Origin: an uncultured virus (IMG/VR IMGVR_UViG_3300017776_000001)
Lineage: Duplodnaviria; Heunggongvirae; Uroviricota; Caudoviricetes
Virus record (IMG/VR): IMGVR_UViG_3300017776_000001
Span: 1-64,000 of that record
DNA length: 64,000 bases
Reading direction: 5' to 3' (one strand)
Shown in pieces: positions 1-9,353 of the stretch (position 1 is its first letter; every line of letters starts with the position of its first letter). The notes beneath the pieces were generated by a model. It had not been told where the DNA came from, did not search any database, and was given only the letters and a program-made list of their open reading frames with translations. A program made the position numbers and the translations under genes.

Positions 1-246
1 GAACCAAGTATTCCTTTACACCTTTTTGATGGTAGAGGTCACAACGTCACTCCGTTTAAGACAGTTGACAACGTAAATAATCGTTTAATAGTGTGGTCGA
101 ATACCTTACACCCACCAGCTCTCCATAAACCTGAACAATCTTTTAATTTATTACATCCGAGACGTGTATTTAATTGGAAGTGTTACAATAAATTAGAACC
201 TAAGGGTAAAATGTATGCAGAAATGTATGACCATCATCGAAACTAA
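1..246 (+). CDS. Partial ORF (5'-truncated), possibly the C-terminus of a 2OG-Fe(II) oxygenase-like protein
   Basis: Frame 1 is open from base 1 to TAA at 244-246 (EPSIPLHLFDG...NRLIVWSNTLHPPALHKP...RRVFNWK). The NRLIVW...H...R pattern resembles the distal strands of phage 2OG oxygenases. Confidence 0.4.
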   Translation, partial: EPSIPLHLFDGRGHNVTPFKTVDNVNNRLIVWSNTLHPPALHKPEQSFNLLHPRRVFNWKCYNKLEPKGKMYAEMYDHHRN

Positions 247-287
247 TAAAAAAAATACCGTAATAGTCTCTACGGGACGGTGAATTT

Positions 288-902
288 ATGATTTTATGGG
301 TAAATGACATGGGTGAATTCGTTGAATCCGTCTATTGTCAGATACATGCACCCAAAACAGGTGGTACCTTTGTCCGTACATGGTTGTCAGAGAACACCAC
401 ACTTCGTCCTAGGGGATTGTTTGATGTAAATGAGTCACATGGTCACTGGACATGGAAAGATTACTCAGAGAGAGTCTCAGACTTTCCTAGAAGGTATGAC
501 AGTATATCACAAAAAATCCGAATTAGTGGTTTGGTACGACATCCGTATGACAGATTTGTTTCTCAGTTCAGACATTTATTCACTCTACCCTATAAGTATG
601 ACACTGTGTATGACGTTTTATCAACCAGTGAGTATCTTTTAGGGTCTCAGTATGATTATTATTATCTTGACGGACAACAAATGGGATACTGGTATCATTT
701 AAACACAGGAGTCGACCTACCTATCACTCAAAGTATTGCAGTACCCACTAGTAACACTCAAGGATATCGACACAACCACAAGGATGTCAGTGACAAGTAC
801 GGTATGAAACCTATCGACACCTTCGACATACCGCAGTGGATGAAACATATGGTACAAGACTTATACTTAAAAGATTTCGAAACCTTTGGATTTAATCAAT
901 AA
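288..902 (+). CDS. Sulfotransferase family protein
   Basis: HAPKTGGTFV (5'-PSB loop) and VRHPYDRFVSQF (3'-PB) motifs; C-terminal LYLKDFETFGF. Confidence 0.8.
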   Translation: MILWVNDMGEFVESVYCQIHAPKTGGTFVRTWLSENTTLRPRGLFDVNESHGHWTWKDYSERVSDFPRRYDSISQKIRISGLVRHPYDRFVSQFRHLFTLPYKYDTVYDVLSTSEYLLGSQYDYYYLDGQQMGYWYHLNTGVDLPITQSIAVPTSNTQGYRHNHKDVSDKYGMKPIDTFDIPQWMKHMVQDLYLKDFETFGFNQ

Positions 903-907
903 ACCTA

Positions 908-937
908 TTGACAATAACCCCCCATATAAGGTATTAT
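908..937 (+). promoter_or_regulatory. Sigma70-type early promoter
   Basis: TTGACA-N18-TATTAT, ending 7 nt before the ATG at 945. Confidence 0.7.
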
Positions 938-944
938 AGTAGTC

Positions 945-1283
945 ATGGGAATAATTAATCTTAATTCATCTATAAGGTACGGCCCTCACGGTAAGAAACG
1001 TAAGACGAAGGCCTTCTTGCAGAAGAAGAAACCACCTGTAGATTTTACACAGACGTTACAATATAAAGAAACTATTCGTAGACAAGAACAACAGTACAAG
1101 TCTTTGATGGAAGAATATATGAGGTCGGGTGAGTATCACAAGATTAGTGGTGACTGTACCAAACAAGAGTCTCCTGTATACACTGGAACCCTTGTCAAAG
1201 GTATTGCAACCATGCATAAGAGTAATGCAGTCCCTGTTATTTCTCAGAAGGAAGCAGAAGAGATATCTCAAATGAGTAGTTAA
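945..1283 (+). CDS. Conserved phage hypothetical protein
   Basis: 112 aa ORF; C-terminal YTGTLVKGIATMHKSNAVPV motif recognised from T4-like phages. Confidence 0.7.
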   Translation: MGIINLNSSIRYGPHGKKRKTKAFLQKKKPPVDFTQTLQYKETIRRQEQQYKSLMEEYMRSGEYHKISGDCTKQESPVYTGTLVKGIATMHKSNAVPVISQKEAEEISQMSS

Positions 1284-1327
1284 ATGATATATATACATTT
1301 TAAATTAAACATGAAAGGAATTAAATA

Positions 1328-1723
1328 ATGGCATCCCCTATTTTAGAAGCAATGACTCGTAAGGCAAACCTTGCAATGGGTATTATCGAGTATGAAATAG
1401 ATAAATTTCAAGAAGAAGGATATAAGTCTTCTTTTAATATGGAGAAATATTTAAATCAAATTGATTTTAAACCTAAGGTCGTACAAATAATAATCGATGA
1501 TTATGAAAGTATGGTCAATGAATTAAAATCTAATGACAAAGATATGGTTGAAGCTTACTCTTATATGACTACTGCAGAGAAACAAAAGTTTACTGCATTT
1601 ATTGAGAAGATAATTAAAGGTGCAAATACCTATCTTAATAAAAATAAAGTTAAATGGGAAAAAGAAAGTGCAAAACGTAAGATGAATAAAACTTTACGTG
1701 CATTAAATAAAAAATACAAATAA
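1328..1723 (+). CDS. Hypothetical protein
   Basis: 131 aa ORF with AAGGA SD. Confidence 0.7.
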   Translation: MASPILEAMTRKANLAMGIIEYEIDKFQEEGYKSSFNMEKYLNQIDFKPKVVQIIIDDYESMVNELKSNDKDMVEAYSYMTTAEKQKFTAFIEKIIKGANTYLNKNKVKWEKESAKRKMNKTLRALNKKYK

Positions 1724-1749
1724 CCCACAGGGTTGTTGAGGATAATATT

Positions 1750-2592
1750 ATGATACTAATTGATTTTACTCAGACTATGATAGCAGGTCTGATGGCACAA
1801 CTTAAATATAATGAGGGAGAAATAAATGAACAACTCCTTCGTCATATGATTCTTAATACACTAAAGACATATATCCGTAACCATGGTGAGAACCTAGGTG
1901 AGGTCGTCCTGTGTGCCGATGAGAAGAATAATTGGAGAAAGAAGTACTATCCCTACTATAAGATAAACCGTAAACGTACACGAGATAAGAGTGGACTAGA
2001 CTGGGGTTTATTTTTTGATGCACTCCATAAGGTACGTGAGGAAATAAAAGAAAACTTCCCATGGAAAATGATGCAAGTAGATGCATGTGAAGCTGATGAT
2101 ATTATTGCAGTACTTACTAAACATCATGCACCCGATGAAGATGTATTAATTATTAGTGGTGACAAGGACTTCCAACAACTACAGAAGTATCCTAGTGTTA
2201 CCCAGTGGTCTCCAAACCTAAACAAATATATTAAACCCGAAGACCCAAAATTATTTTTAAAAGAACATATACTCAGAGGAGATAAGTCAGATGGAGTTCC
2301 AAACTTCCTATCACGTGACGATGTCATCTCTGAAAATGTAAGACAGACACCTTTAAGAAAACAAGTTGTCGAAACATATCTTAAAATAGAGATAGATAAA
2401 GAAGATAAATACTATCGTAACTATTTAAGAAATCAAACATTAATTGATTTAGAATGTATTCCACAGGATATTGAAGTGAACATCTTAAAAGAATTTGCTG
2501 ACATTACTGTCCCTAGTGGTAAGGTATATGACTACCTTAGGAAACATCAACTGAATGAGTTAATGACTAACGTTAAGGACTTTAGATTATGA
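1750..2592 (+). CDS. rnh: T4-like RNase H / 5'-3' flap exonuclease
   Basis: MILIDF, NWRKKYYPYYK, EADDIIA, ISGDKDFQQL and GDKSDGVPN motifs. Confidence 0.95.
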   Translation: MILIDFTQTMIAGLMAQLKYNEGEINEQLLRHMILNTLKTYIRNHGENLGEVVLCADEKNNWRKKYYPYYKINRKRTRDKSGLDWGLFFDALHKVREEIKENFPWKMMQVDACEADDIIAVLTKHHAPDEDVLIISGDKDFQQLQKYPSVTQWSPNLNKYIKPEDPKLFLKEHILRGDKSDGVPNFLSRDDVISENVRQTPLRKQVVETYLKIEIDKEDKYYRNYLRNQTLIDLECIPQDIEVNILKEFADITVPSGKVYDYLRKHQLNELMTNVKDFRL

Positions 2593-3098
2593 CAGAGAAA
2601 AAAGGAAGAGGTAGACCAAAAGGTTCTACCAATAAACCACTAATGAAGTTAGCTACTGAAAGAGTTAGACTTCCAAACGATGCAAGTGTATTTGCAATTC
2701 TAGAACAATGCAATCTTGTCGAGAATGATGAGAAAGCTGCACATGGATTGAAACACTATGCAGAAAGAAACGGTGCAGTATTACCTGTACTACAATGGAT
2801 ATTCGATAAGAATATTGAATCACGTTTACCCGAAGGTAAAACACCTTACACTCCAAATCCAGCACCTGCTGATGATTTAACAGAGAGTTCATTAAGGTTT
2901 GAGTTTAAGAAATTTAAATATTTCGTAAACGATGAGTTGCAAGAATTAAAACGTGAAGCTATGTGGATTGAATTATTGGAATCTATTCCAACGAAAGAAG
3001 CAGAGATGATTGATTTGGTTAAGGATAAAAAGAATCCTTTTAAAAGAATTACAAAAGATTTAGTAGATATTGCTTTTCCCGAAGTGATTAGTGACTAA
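2589..3098 (+). CDS. Conserved T4-like hypothetical protein with N-terminal AT-hook
   Basis: KKGRGRPKGS at the N-terminus; LPEGKTPY...KREAMWIELLESI pattern of the family usually next to rnh. Confidence 0.7.
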   Translation: MTEKKGRGRPKGSTNKPLMKLATERVRLPNDASVFAILEQCNLVENDEKAAHGLKHYAERNGAVLPVLQWIFDKNIESRLPEGKTPYTPNPAPADDLTESSLRFEFKKFKYFVNDELQELKREAMWIELLESIPTKEAEMIDLVKDKKNPFKRITKDLVDIAFPEVISD

Positions 3099-3106
3099 AT
3101 AATCGT

Positions 3107-3403
3107 ATGGTAGTTAATAAATTAAATTTGAATGCAAAAGACAGACAATGTTTCTACAGACGTGGAGACATTGAATGCATTGGTGAGGTTAGACAGTTCG
3201 ACCCTATCACTGGTTTCATTCTTATCTATGATTACTTCAGAGAAGAAACTATAGAAATGATTTATGATTACGATACAAATAAATATCGTGGTACTGGTGA
3301 CACTCGTAAGTGGACATGTGAATGGAATGTGAACAGTGACGAAGTACCAACCACAAACAGAACTGAAATTAAAGTGACGGCTAGTACTACTAGTCGTTTA
3401 TAA
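3107..3403 (+). CDS. Hypothetical protein
   Basis: 98 aa ORF preceded by late-promoter-like CTAAATA at 3095. Confidence 0.6.
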   Translation: MVVNKLNLNAKDRQCFYRRGDIECIGEVRQFDPITGFILIYDYFREETIEMIYDYDTNKYRGTGDTRKWTCEWNVNSDEVPTTNRTEIKVTASTTSRL

Positions 3404-3418
3404 TTACTAAATATTTAA

Positions 3419-3504
3419 GGTCACACTAGAGACTATACATAAAAAAAAATATGGAAAGGATTATCACTTTCCGATATGTAAACCTTTCTAGTCGAGCTGT
3501 GACC
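3419..3504 (+). other. Long imperfect hairpin in intergenic leader (candidate structured RNA)
   Basis: Nested pairs GGTCACA/TGTGACC, GACTA/TAGTC, TACAT/ATGTA, GGAAAG/CTTTCC. Confidence 0.55.
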
Positions 3505-3527
3505 ACCTATAGGATGGAAATTAAATA

Positions 3528-4715
3528 ATGGATACAAAATATATAACACCCGAGCATTTAAAGACGCTCATCACAGTAATTGATATGGTAACAGAGAGAG
3601 GTGCCCTCAAGGGTAACGAACTCATGACTGTATCAGAACTCAGAAACAATCTAACACTAGAACTAGAATTCTTCGTACAAGAACAACAGAGACTAGAACA
3701 AGAACGTATGATTAAACTTCAAGCAGAAGAGTCAGCACGTAAACTCAAAGAGGAACAAGATGCATTCTTACTGAAGAAGAAGTTTGCAGACGAAAGACTC
3801 AAACGAAGAGAACTAGAGAAAGAACTTGCAACAGTTAAACTAACACCACAACCAATAGTGGATGAGCAAGAGATTGCAGAACTAAACACACTTACCCAAG
3901 CTAGAAGTGTAGAGGATGTAAAATCATCTGATACAGGACAAGTTATGGAATTCAAATTTATTGAAAATGAATTAGAACAAGAGAAAGTCAAAGTACAACA
4001 ACCTCAACTGGAAACCCAACAAGTAGAATCACAACCTAGTGATTTTTCTATTCCAACTGAAGAGACCGTACAGAAACCTAGAAGTAAAGCACGTGAGATG
4101 GCAAACTTAGTCAGTGGTAGGGTCACTGGTAGTGAACCATCAGTCACATCATCTAACATCCCACAAGAAGAGAGTCCCGTCTCTGAAGTGGAAGATGACA
4201 AGTTTGACTTCAACGAAGTAGGTGGAGACTGGGTTGGTGAACATGTCAAAGAAGAGAACGTAGGTCTACAAGATAAAGAACACGATGAGTGGTTAGAGAA
4301 ACATGGTACAGATGATGTTAACGAAGCTTTATCTAACATTGCAGACGAACTAGAAAAAGAAGACACACTATCAGAAGTAGACGATACAACTGAAGTAGTG
4401 AACGACCCCCTATTAAGTCTTGCACAAGATTTAGAAGTTAACACATATGAATCAGTAGAAGAACTAGAACAAAAGATTGCAGACAAGAATGCAAGTGCAG
4501 AAGAAGAGTATGAAGAGTTTGAAGAAATAGTAATTCCCGATGCAGACGATTTGCAAGGAATGACTAAAGCACAGATTCAAAAATCTGCAGATGAACTAGG
4601 ATTTGAAGTTGATTCTAAAAAGACCAAACAAATTATGATGGTCGATTTCCAAAGACAAGCAGATAGTCTCATTGCCGAACTCACAGAGCAAGGTGCAGAG
4701 ATATCAACTGAGTAG
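3528..4715 (+). CDS. Acidic coiled-coil hypothetical protein
   Basis: 395 aa; N-terminal coiled coil, long E/D-rich low-complexity middle. Confidence 0.75.
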   Translation: MDTKYITPEHLKTLITVIDMVTERGALKGNELMTVSELRNNLTLELEFFVQEQQRLEQERMIKLQAEESARKLKEEQDAFLLKKKFADERLKRRELEKELATVKLTPQPIVDEQEIAELNTLTQARSVEDVKSSDTGQVMEFKFIENELEQEKVKVQQPQLETQQVESQPSDFSIPTEETVQKPRSKAREMANLVSGRVTGSEPSVTSSNIPQEESPVSEVEDDKFDFNEVGGDWVGEHVKEENVGLQDKEHDEWLEKHGTDDVNEALSNIADELEKEDTLSEVDDTTEVVNDPLLSLAQDLEVNTYESVEELEQKIADKNASAEEEYEEFEEIVIPDADDLQGMTKAQIQKSADELGFEVDSKKTKQIMMVDFQRQADSLIAELTEQGAEISTE

Positions 4716-5671
4716 TGAAGAACACGGAGAAGATTCCTGTAGTAGACCAATACGATTTCTTAGAACATCGTAGACAACAGGAAAAGAACCATTGGGAAAA
4801 ACAAAACGATGAGGACTTAAGTCCTCTATCGTCCATCCTAACAGTAGAAGTTAATACAACAGAGTTGTGTAACAGAACCTGTGTATTTTGTCCTAGACAT
4901 GACCCCAAGGTTTTTCCCAACAGGAATCTTCACCTTACCGTAAAAGGTGCAAACATCATTGCAGAAGAATTGAGTGCAAATGATTACAAAGGTAAAATTA
5001 GTTTTAGTGGGTTTGGTGAGAATTTACTGAACCCCGTTTTCCCCGACATCGTTCATGCATTCAGACAACACTTACCCAATGCAACACTAGAGTGTAATAC
5101 CAATGGAGATAAGTTAACTGTAGAATATGCAAGAAGTCTAATACACGAAAAGGGATTGGACTTACTCTACATCAATCTATATGATGGTGATTTTCAAATG
5201 GATACATTCAATCCTATGATGGAAGAAGCAGGTGTCCCTCTTGACCGTTACAAATATAGAATGCATTGGAGTGAAGCTGTAAAAGAACACGGACTAATAC
5301 TTAATAATAGAAGTGGTGTTGTAGATTGGGTTGGAATAGAAGAAACTAACATTACATCTCTCAAGGGTAAACCGTGTCACTATCCGTTCTACAAAATGTT
5401 TGTAGATTGGAACGGAGATGTTCTATTCTGTTCAAACGATTGGGGTAGAGAACACGTAGTAGGTAATTTACTTTCACAGTCATTGTATGATGTGTGGTTC
5501 TCTAAACCTATGACAAGAATTAGAAAGAAACTTATGAAGGGAGATAGAAGTATGTCCCCTTGTAATAAGTGTAGTGTAGATGGTTCACTATTTGGAAAAC
5601 CATCATTTGATATTGTGACAAAACATTATGATGACCTTCAACAAGCCAGACGTTCAAATAAGACAACTTAG
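4715..5671 (+). CDS. Radical SAM protein with SPASM/twitch domain
   Basis: CNRTCVFC (CxxxCxxC), SGFGENLL, TNGD, C-terminal C...GDVLFC...CNKC; GTG start overlapping the upstream stop. Confidence 0.9.
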   Translation: MKNTEKIPVVDQYDFLEHRRQQEKNHWEKQNDEDLSPLSSILTVEVNTTELCNRTCVFCPRHDPKVFPNRNLHLTVKGANIIAEELSANDYKGKISFSGFGENLLNPVFPDIVHAFRQHLPNATLECNTNGDKLTVEYARSLIHEKGLDLLYINLYDGDFQMDTFNPMMEEAGVPLDRYKYRMHWSEAVKEHGLILNNRSGVVDWVGIEETNITSLKGKPCHYPFYKMFVDWNGDVLFCSNDWGREHVVGNLLSQSLYDVWFSKPMTRIRKKLMKGDRSMSPCNKCSVDGSLFGKPSFDIVTKHYDDLQQARRSNKTT

Positions 5672-6488
5672 TATCGAAGAGATACAAGAAGTATACAATG
5701 GTTTTAATTTTGAAAAGAAAATAAAAGACCCCGATTGGGAAAACTTTTTTCCGTGGGGAATCGAAGAACGTATCGAAACAGAAACAGGTGTAAAGATTCT
5801 CTTTGCATATCCTAAGGACATGTTGAACCATTTGGTTCGTGGACGTAGTCAATCTATATACAAGAAAGAACCATGGACTACTCTATGGTTACAAAACGTT
5901 ATTGAGAAGGATAGTGTCTTCTATGACATAGGTGCAAACTGTGGTCAGTATAGTTTGTATGCATCTCAGTTAGGTTGTGACAGTATCTATGCATTTGAAC
6001 CTCATGTAAGAAACTTTGGTTTCCTTGTAGACAACATTGTGATGAATGATTGCAGTAATGTAATTTTTCCAATGAACGTACCAGTGTCAGATGAAGTGTC
6101 GTATAAGATATGGAATCAAGGTATGAGAGGTGGAGAAGGTGTATCCAGTGAGATAACTTCTAAAAATAAATCAGTCAAGACAAGACTAGTACAAGAGACA
6201 CTAGATAATTTAGTTTACAAACACGGACTACAATCACCCACTATTTTAAAGATAGATGTAGACGGAACAAATGATACGTCAATTATTGACGGTGGATGGA
6301 AGTGTATAGGTGCAAGTGTAAAACACATCATGATTGAAGTGTTTAAAGATAATCCTAGATTCGAAGTTGCAAAAGAATTGTTAACTGGTATGGGATTTAA
6401 AATTAACCACGAAATGACAGACTCTGTTTATGAGTATAGACAGAACTCAAATAGAGGTGGTCAAACGGAGATATTTTTCGAAAGATGA
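5628..6488 (+). CDS. FkbM-family SAM methyltransferase
   Basis: FYDIGANCGQYS, YAFEP and LKIDVDG motifs. Confidence 0.9.
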   Translation: MMTFNKPDVQIRQLSIEEIQEVYNGFNFEKKIKDPDWENFFPWGIEERIETETGVKILFAYPKDMLNHLVRGRSQSIYKKEPWTTLWLQNVIEKDSVFYDIGANCGQYSLYASQLGCDSIYAFEPHVRNFGFLVDNIVMNDCSNVIFPMNVPVSDEVSYKIWNQGMRGGEGVSSEITSKNKSVKTRLVQETLDNLVYKHGLQSPTILKIDVDGTNDTSIIDGGWKCIGASVKHIMIEVFKDNPRFEVAKELLTGMGFKINHEMTDSVYEYRQNSNRGGQTEIFFER

Positions 6489-7093
6489 TAGTAGGAATAA
6501 CAGGTAAAGAAGACAGAGGATTATCAAGTATAATCGGTAAGACACTTATGGAAACACCCCACAAGGGTGAGACCATTACAGTGAAGTATATGCACACTGA
6601 TGATATTATTATGAACGGAGTAGGGGCATGGGTGTTTGACGAAAGTAACCCAAACCACTTAGACGTACTAATTAATAATGCACATCAAGATTTTGACCAA
6701 ACAAAAATTGTAGATATTGTATACAATTCAAGTTGGAGACATGACCCTAGTAAATACTTAATCAACATTGGTAGTCGTGCATCACAACCAAACATATCTA
6801 AGGGATACCTCTATGCGGCACAGAAAGCCTCTCTAACACATTTTTGTAATAACTTGACATACAACTCAGATAAAAAGTTTAAGATGTCTACAGTCAATCT
6901 AGGACTCCTGAATCACAATGATTTACCTAGTCTTAGACAACAAGACATTGCTGGTATGATTTACCATTTAGTTACATCATATCCATCAATAGAGATACCC
7001 GAAATTACAATACAAGCACATGCAAACTATAGTGATGTGCAAAGTGATAAAGCAATGTTATTAGACTTGGAAAGGAATGGACTTCTTAAATAA
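6485..7093 (+). CDS. Short-chain dehydrogenase/reductase-like protein
   Basis: ITG...GL, DVLINNAH, INIGSRAS and catalytic YAAQK (YxxxK). Confidence 0.75.
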   Translation: MIVGITGKEDRGLSSIIGKTLMETPHKGETITVKYMHTDDIIMNGVGAWVFDESNPNHLDVLINNAHQDFDQTKIVDIVYNSSWRHDPSKYLINIGSRASQPNISKGYLYAAQKASLTHFCNNLTYNSDKKFKMSTVNLGLLNHNDLPSLRQQDIAGMIYHLVTSYPSIEIPEITIQAHANYSDVQSDKAMLLDLERNGLLK

Positions 7094-7496
7094 AAAATAT
7101 ACACACACCCGACAAGCTAGCAATGAAGACGAATGGTGTTGTAGGGTTCCGTGGAAAGAGACAAACCTGATGGGTATGAGAGAATCACCAAGTGTGTTGT
7201 TTTCCTTTATCATAAACAATGATGACCACTTATGTGTCTTCACACATGACGAATGGTATATTCATGAAGATTTATTTAACCCTAGAGAAAACTGGAAAAT
7301 GACTTTTGGTCTTTGGGATAACACTAAACAGATGTTTAGTATAGATAATTTTCATGCAGAACCGATGGGATTATATGTACCCAAGAAACCCTTACGAAAT
7401 TTAGGTTATGTAGTAGGTGATAGTCTTAATATGACTTATCATACTGATACTATAAATAATGAGAGAAATCTCAAGATATGGAGAAAAGAAATATGA
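7077..7496 (+). CDS. Hypothetical protein
   Basis: 139 aa ORF overlapping both neighbours. Confidence 0.6.
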   Translation: MDFLNKKYTHTRQASNEDEWCCRVPWKETNLMGMRESPSVLFSFIINNDDHLCVFTHDEWYIHEDLFNPRENWKMTFGLWDNTKQMFSIDNFHAEPMGLYVPKKPLRNLGYVVGDSLNMTYHTDTINNERNLKIWRKEI

Positions 7497-7735
7497 TAGA
7501 AATATACGGTAAACCAAGTTGTCCTTTCTGTGACAAAGCAAAGAGTCTTTGTGAGAGAGAAGGATATTCTTACGAATACAAATCGTTAGGACAAGACTAT
7601 ACAACTGAACAGTTGTTTGAGGTATTTCCAACTGCAAGAACATTTCCACAAATACGTGTGGATGATATAAATATAGGTGGATACACAGAACTTGCCGCAT
7701 GGCATCAAGGACGTGTTGGAGCAATAGATGTATAA
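7493..7735 (+). CDS. Glutaredoxin
   Basis: CPFC active site, TFPQI and IGGYTEL motifs; start moved to ATG 7493. Confidence 0.92.
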   Translation: MIEIYGKPSCPFCDKAKSLCEREGYSYEYKSLGQDYTTEQLFEVFPTARTFPQIRVDDINIGGYTELAAWHQGRVGAIDV

Positions 7736-8013
7736 TGGATGATTTTAATTACAACGATTTTGGTTTTACTGCAGTAGACAGTGATGACCTTATAAAGTTA
7801 GATGAGAAAGTTAGTAAGACAGCTGCATCTAGTGAAGAGAACCAAGAACTAGTAGATGTATTATCTACAAAGTTAACTAAACTGGATGAGTTTATTAGAC
7901 CACTTCTTGAAAACCTTGCAAAGGATTCAGACAAGGATTATATCTATTGGCCAAACAGAATCGACATAGTTCGTAAACAAATAGATTATCTAAATAGTAT
8001 CATAGAGGGATAA
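7735..8013 (+). CDS. Conserved phage hypothetical protein
   Basis: DFGFTAVD...PLLENL...DYIYWPNR pattern; ATG overlaps the glutaredoxin stop. Confidence 0.7.
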   Translation: MDDFNYNDFGFTAVDSDDLIKLDEKVSKTAASSEENQELVDVLSTKLTKLDEFIRPLLENLAKDSDKDYIYWPNRIDIVRKQIDYLNSIIEG

Positions 8014-8016
8014 CAT

Positions 8017-8682
8017 ATGGCAATTACATTTACAGAAAAACTTTACCCGTTAGTCAACCAAAGCGTAGAAGGACTAAAGGTTAATATAGATAATGAAATC
8101 TTTAATGATGATGGGAACATGAAATTCAACGATTGGAGTGTTCTTTCATTAAAACCAGGCTACTTTACTAATACAGTTATAAACAATAACTTAGTAAGTG
8201 TAAATACTGTTCAAGAAGATGACCATGTAAAAATTAATCATGTCTTTGCAGACGGTGGTGAGTTTATGTTGAAACATTGTCTAATGACTGGTTGGCATAA
8301 CCAAAATATGCCTGATGATGTCGAAATAGTAGATGTATCTTCAAACTACACATGGTTTGATTCAGAGCAATCTCTTAGTATTCAAATGTATAACATCGAT
8401 GAATCAGCAGGTGACCATGTCAGTGGAAACTCTCGTGGTATGGTTGAAATGGGTGAGTACATGCATACAAGAAGAAATATGCAAATTGAAGTTAGTGATG
8501 TAAACAATGCACACTACCAAGAATGGTTAACTCATTACAAAGCTGCAATCACAGCAGGTAAGTGTTCTAAATCTCTCCTACACGAATCAGACCCCGACCA
8601 TGCAAATGACGCTCCATGGGCATATGATGTAGACATTGCATCTTTGTTTGAAACGATGCGTGAAGAAGCACCAACAGAATAA
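8017..8682 (+). CDS. Hypothetical protein
   Basis: 221 aa ORF; CTAAATA and GAGGG upstream. Confidence 0.7.
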   Translation: MAITFTEKLYPLVNQSVEGLKVNIDNEIFNDDGNMKFNDWSVLSLKPGYFTNTVINNNLVSVNTVQEDDHVKINHVFADGGEFMLKHCLMTGWHNQNMPDDVEIVDVSSNYTWFDSEQSLSIQMYNIDESAGDHVSGNSRGMVEMGEYMHTRRNMQIEVSDVNNAHYQEWLTHYKAAITAGKCSKSLLHESDPDHANDAPWAYDVDIASLFETMREEAPTE

Positions 8683-8705
8683 TTTAATTTATTTTCAAAA
8701 ACCCC

Positions 8706-8735
8706 TTTACAATAGACTGCATAATTTAGTATTAT
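8706..8735 (+). promoter_or_regulatory. Sigma70-type early promoter
   Basis: TTTACA-N18-TATTAT with AT-rich upstream element; ATG 7 nt downstream. Confidence 0.6.
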
Positions 8736-8742
8736 ACAATCT

Positions 8743-8991
8743 ATGAAAACAAAATATATAATTAAACTCGGTCAAGATATGATTGACCAACTAGAATATC
8801 ACGGACTCTTCTCTGAGGACGATACTAAATGGAATGATTCAGTCGTACTAGGAAACAAACTTGTTTCTATTGGTATGCCGTGGGGTCTCCAAAGTATAAA
8901 TGATTTAACCCAAAATGAAAAAGACATAGTCATGGAGTATCTTGAGATGAGACGTATCGAACGTCAAATCAATGAAGAATTATCACTCTGA
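8743..8991 (+). CDS. Small early hypothetical protein
   Basis: 82 aa ORF directly after a promoter. Confidence 0.65.
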   Translation: MKTKYIIKLGQDMIDQLEYHGLFSEDDTKWNDSVVLGNKLVSIGMPWGLQSINDLTQNEKDIVMEYLEMRRIERQINEELSL

Positions 8992-9030
8992 GACTTGACA
9001 ATGGGTCTCACTTTTTAGTATACTATAAGA
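8991..9030 (+). promoter_or_regulatory. Early promoter cassette, copy 1 (40 bp direct repeat)
   Basis: AGACTTGACAATGGGTCTCACTTTTTAGTATACTATAAGA: TTGACA-N18-TATACT; 39/40 identical to 9352-9391. Confidence 0.85.
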
Positions 9031-9129
9031 ATGATAGATATATTAAAAAAGAACGGTCTACTAGATTCTGATTTCATTCAGCCTTTAGTGGTTTTATTAG
9101 TGTTAATAATTATAGGAGAAGTGATATGA
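9031..9129 (+). CDS. 32 aa single-pass membrane peptide (not in ORF track)
   Basis: MIDILKKNGLLDSDFIQPLVVLLVLIIIGEVI*; starts right after the promoter and ends in an ATGA overlap with the next gene. Confidence 0.6.
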   Translation: MIDILKKNGLLDSDFIQPLVVLLVLIIIGEVI

Positions 9130-9353
9130 TAAATGGTATCATGGGTGAACACATAGCATCATCCCAACCAATAGAAATTCCTCTAAACAGTAAAGAAATG
9201 CAACTTGCACTATACAATGGTGATGGTAACATCATGAATTGGTGTTGGGAACAGATGTGTGAGTCTGTTATGCATAGAGAAGGTATACAGATTATAGGTG
9301 CAATTGATATCGACTTCATTGTTATCAATGGTGAGAAAAAAAGATTCCATTAG
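9126..9353 (+). CDS. Small early hypothetical protein
   Basis: 75 aa, AGGAG SD. Confidence 0.65.
   Translation: MINGIMGEHIASSQPIEIPLNSKEMQLALYNGDGNIMNWCWEQMCESVMHREGIQIIGAIDIDFIVINGEKKRFH

Noticed and set aside
256..281. Small hairpin (ACCGT/ACGGT with a TACG loop) before the sulfotransferase
   Set aside because: Short and imperfect; the adjacent A-run could make it a minus-strand terminator, but the evidence is too weak to call.
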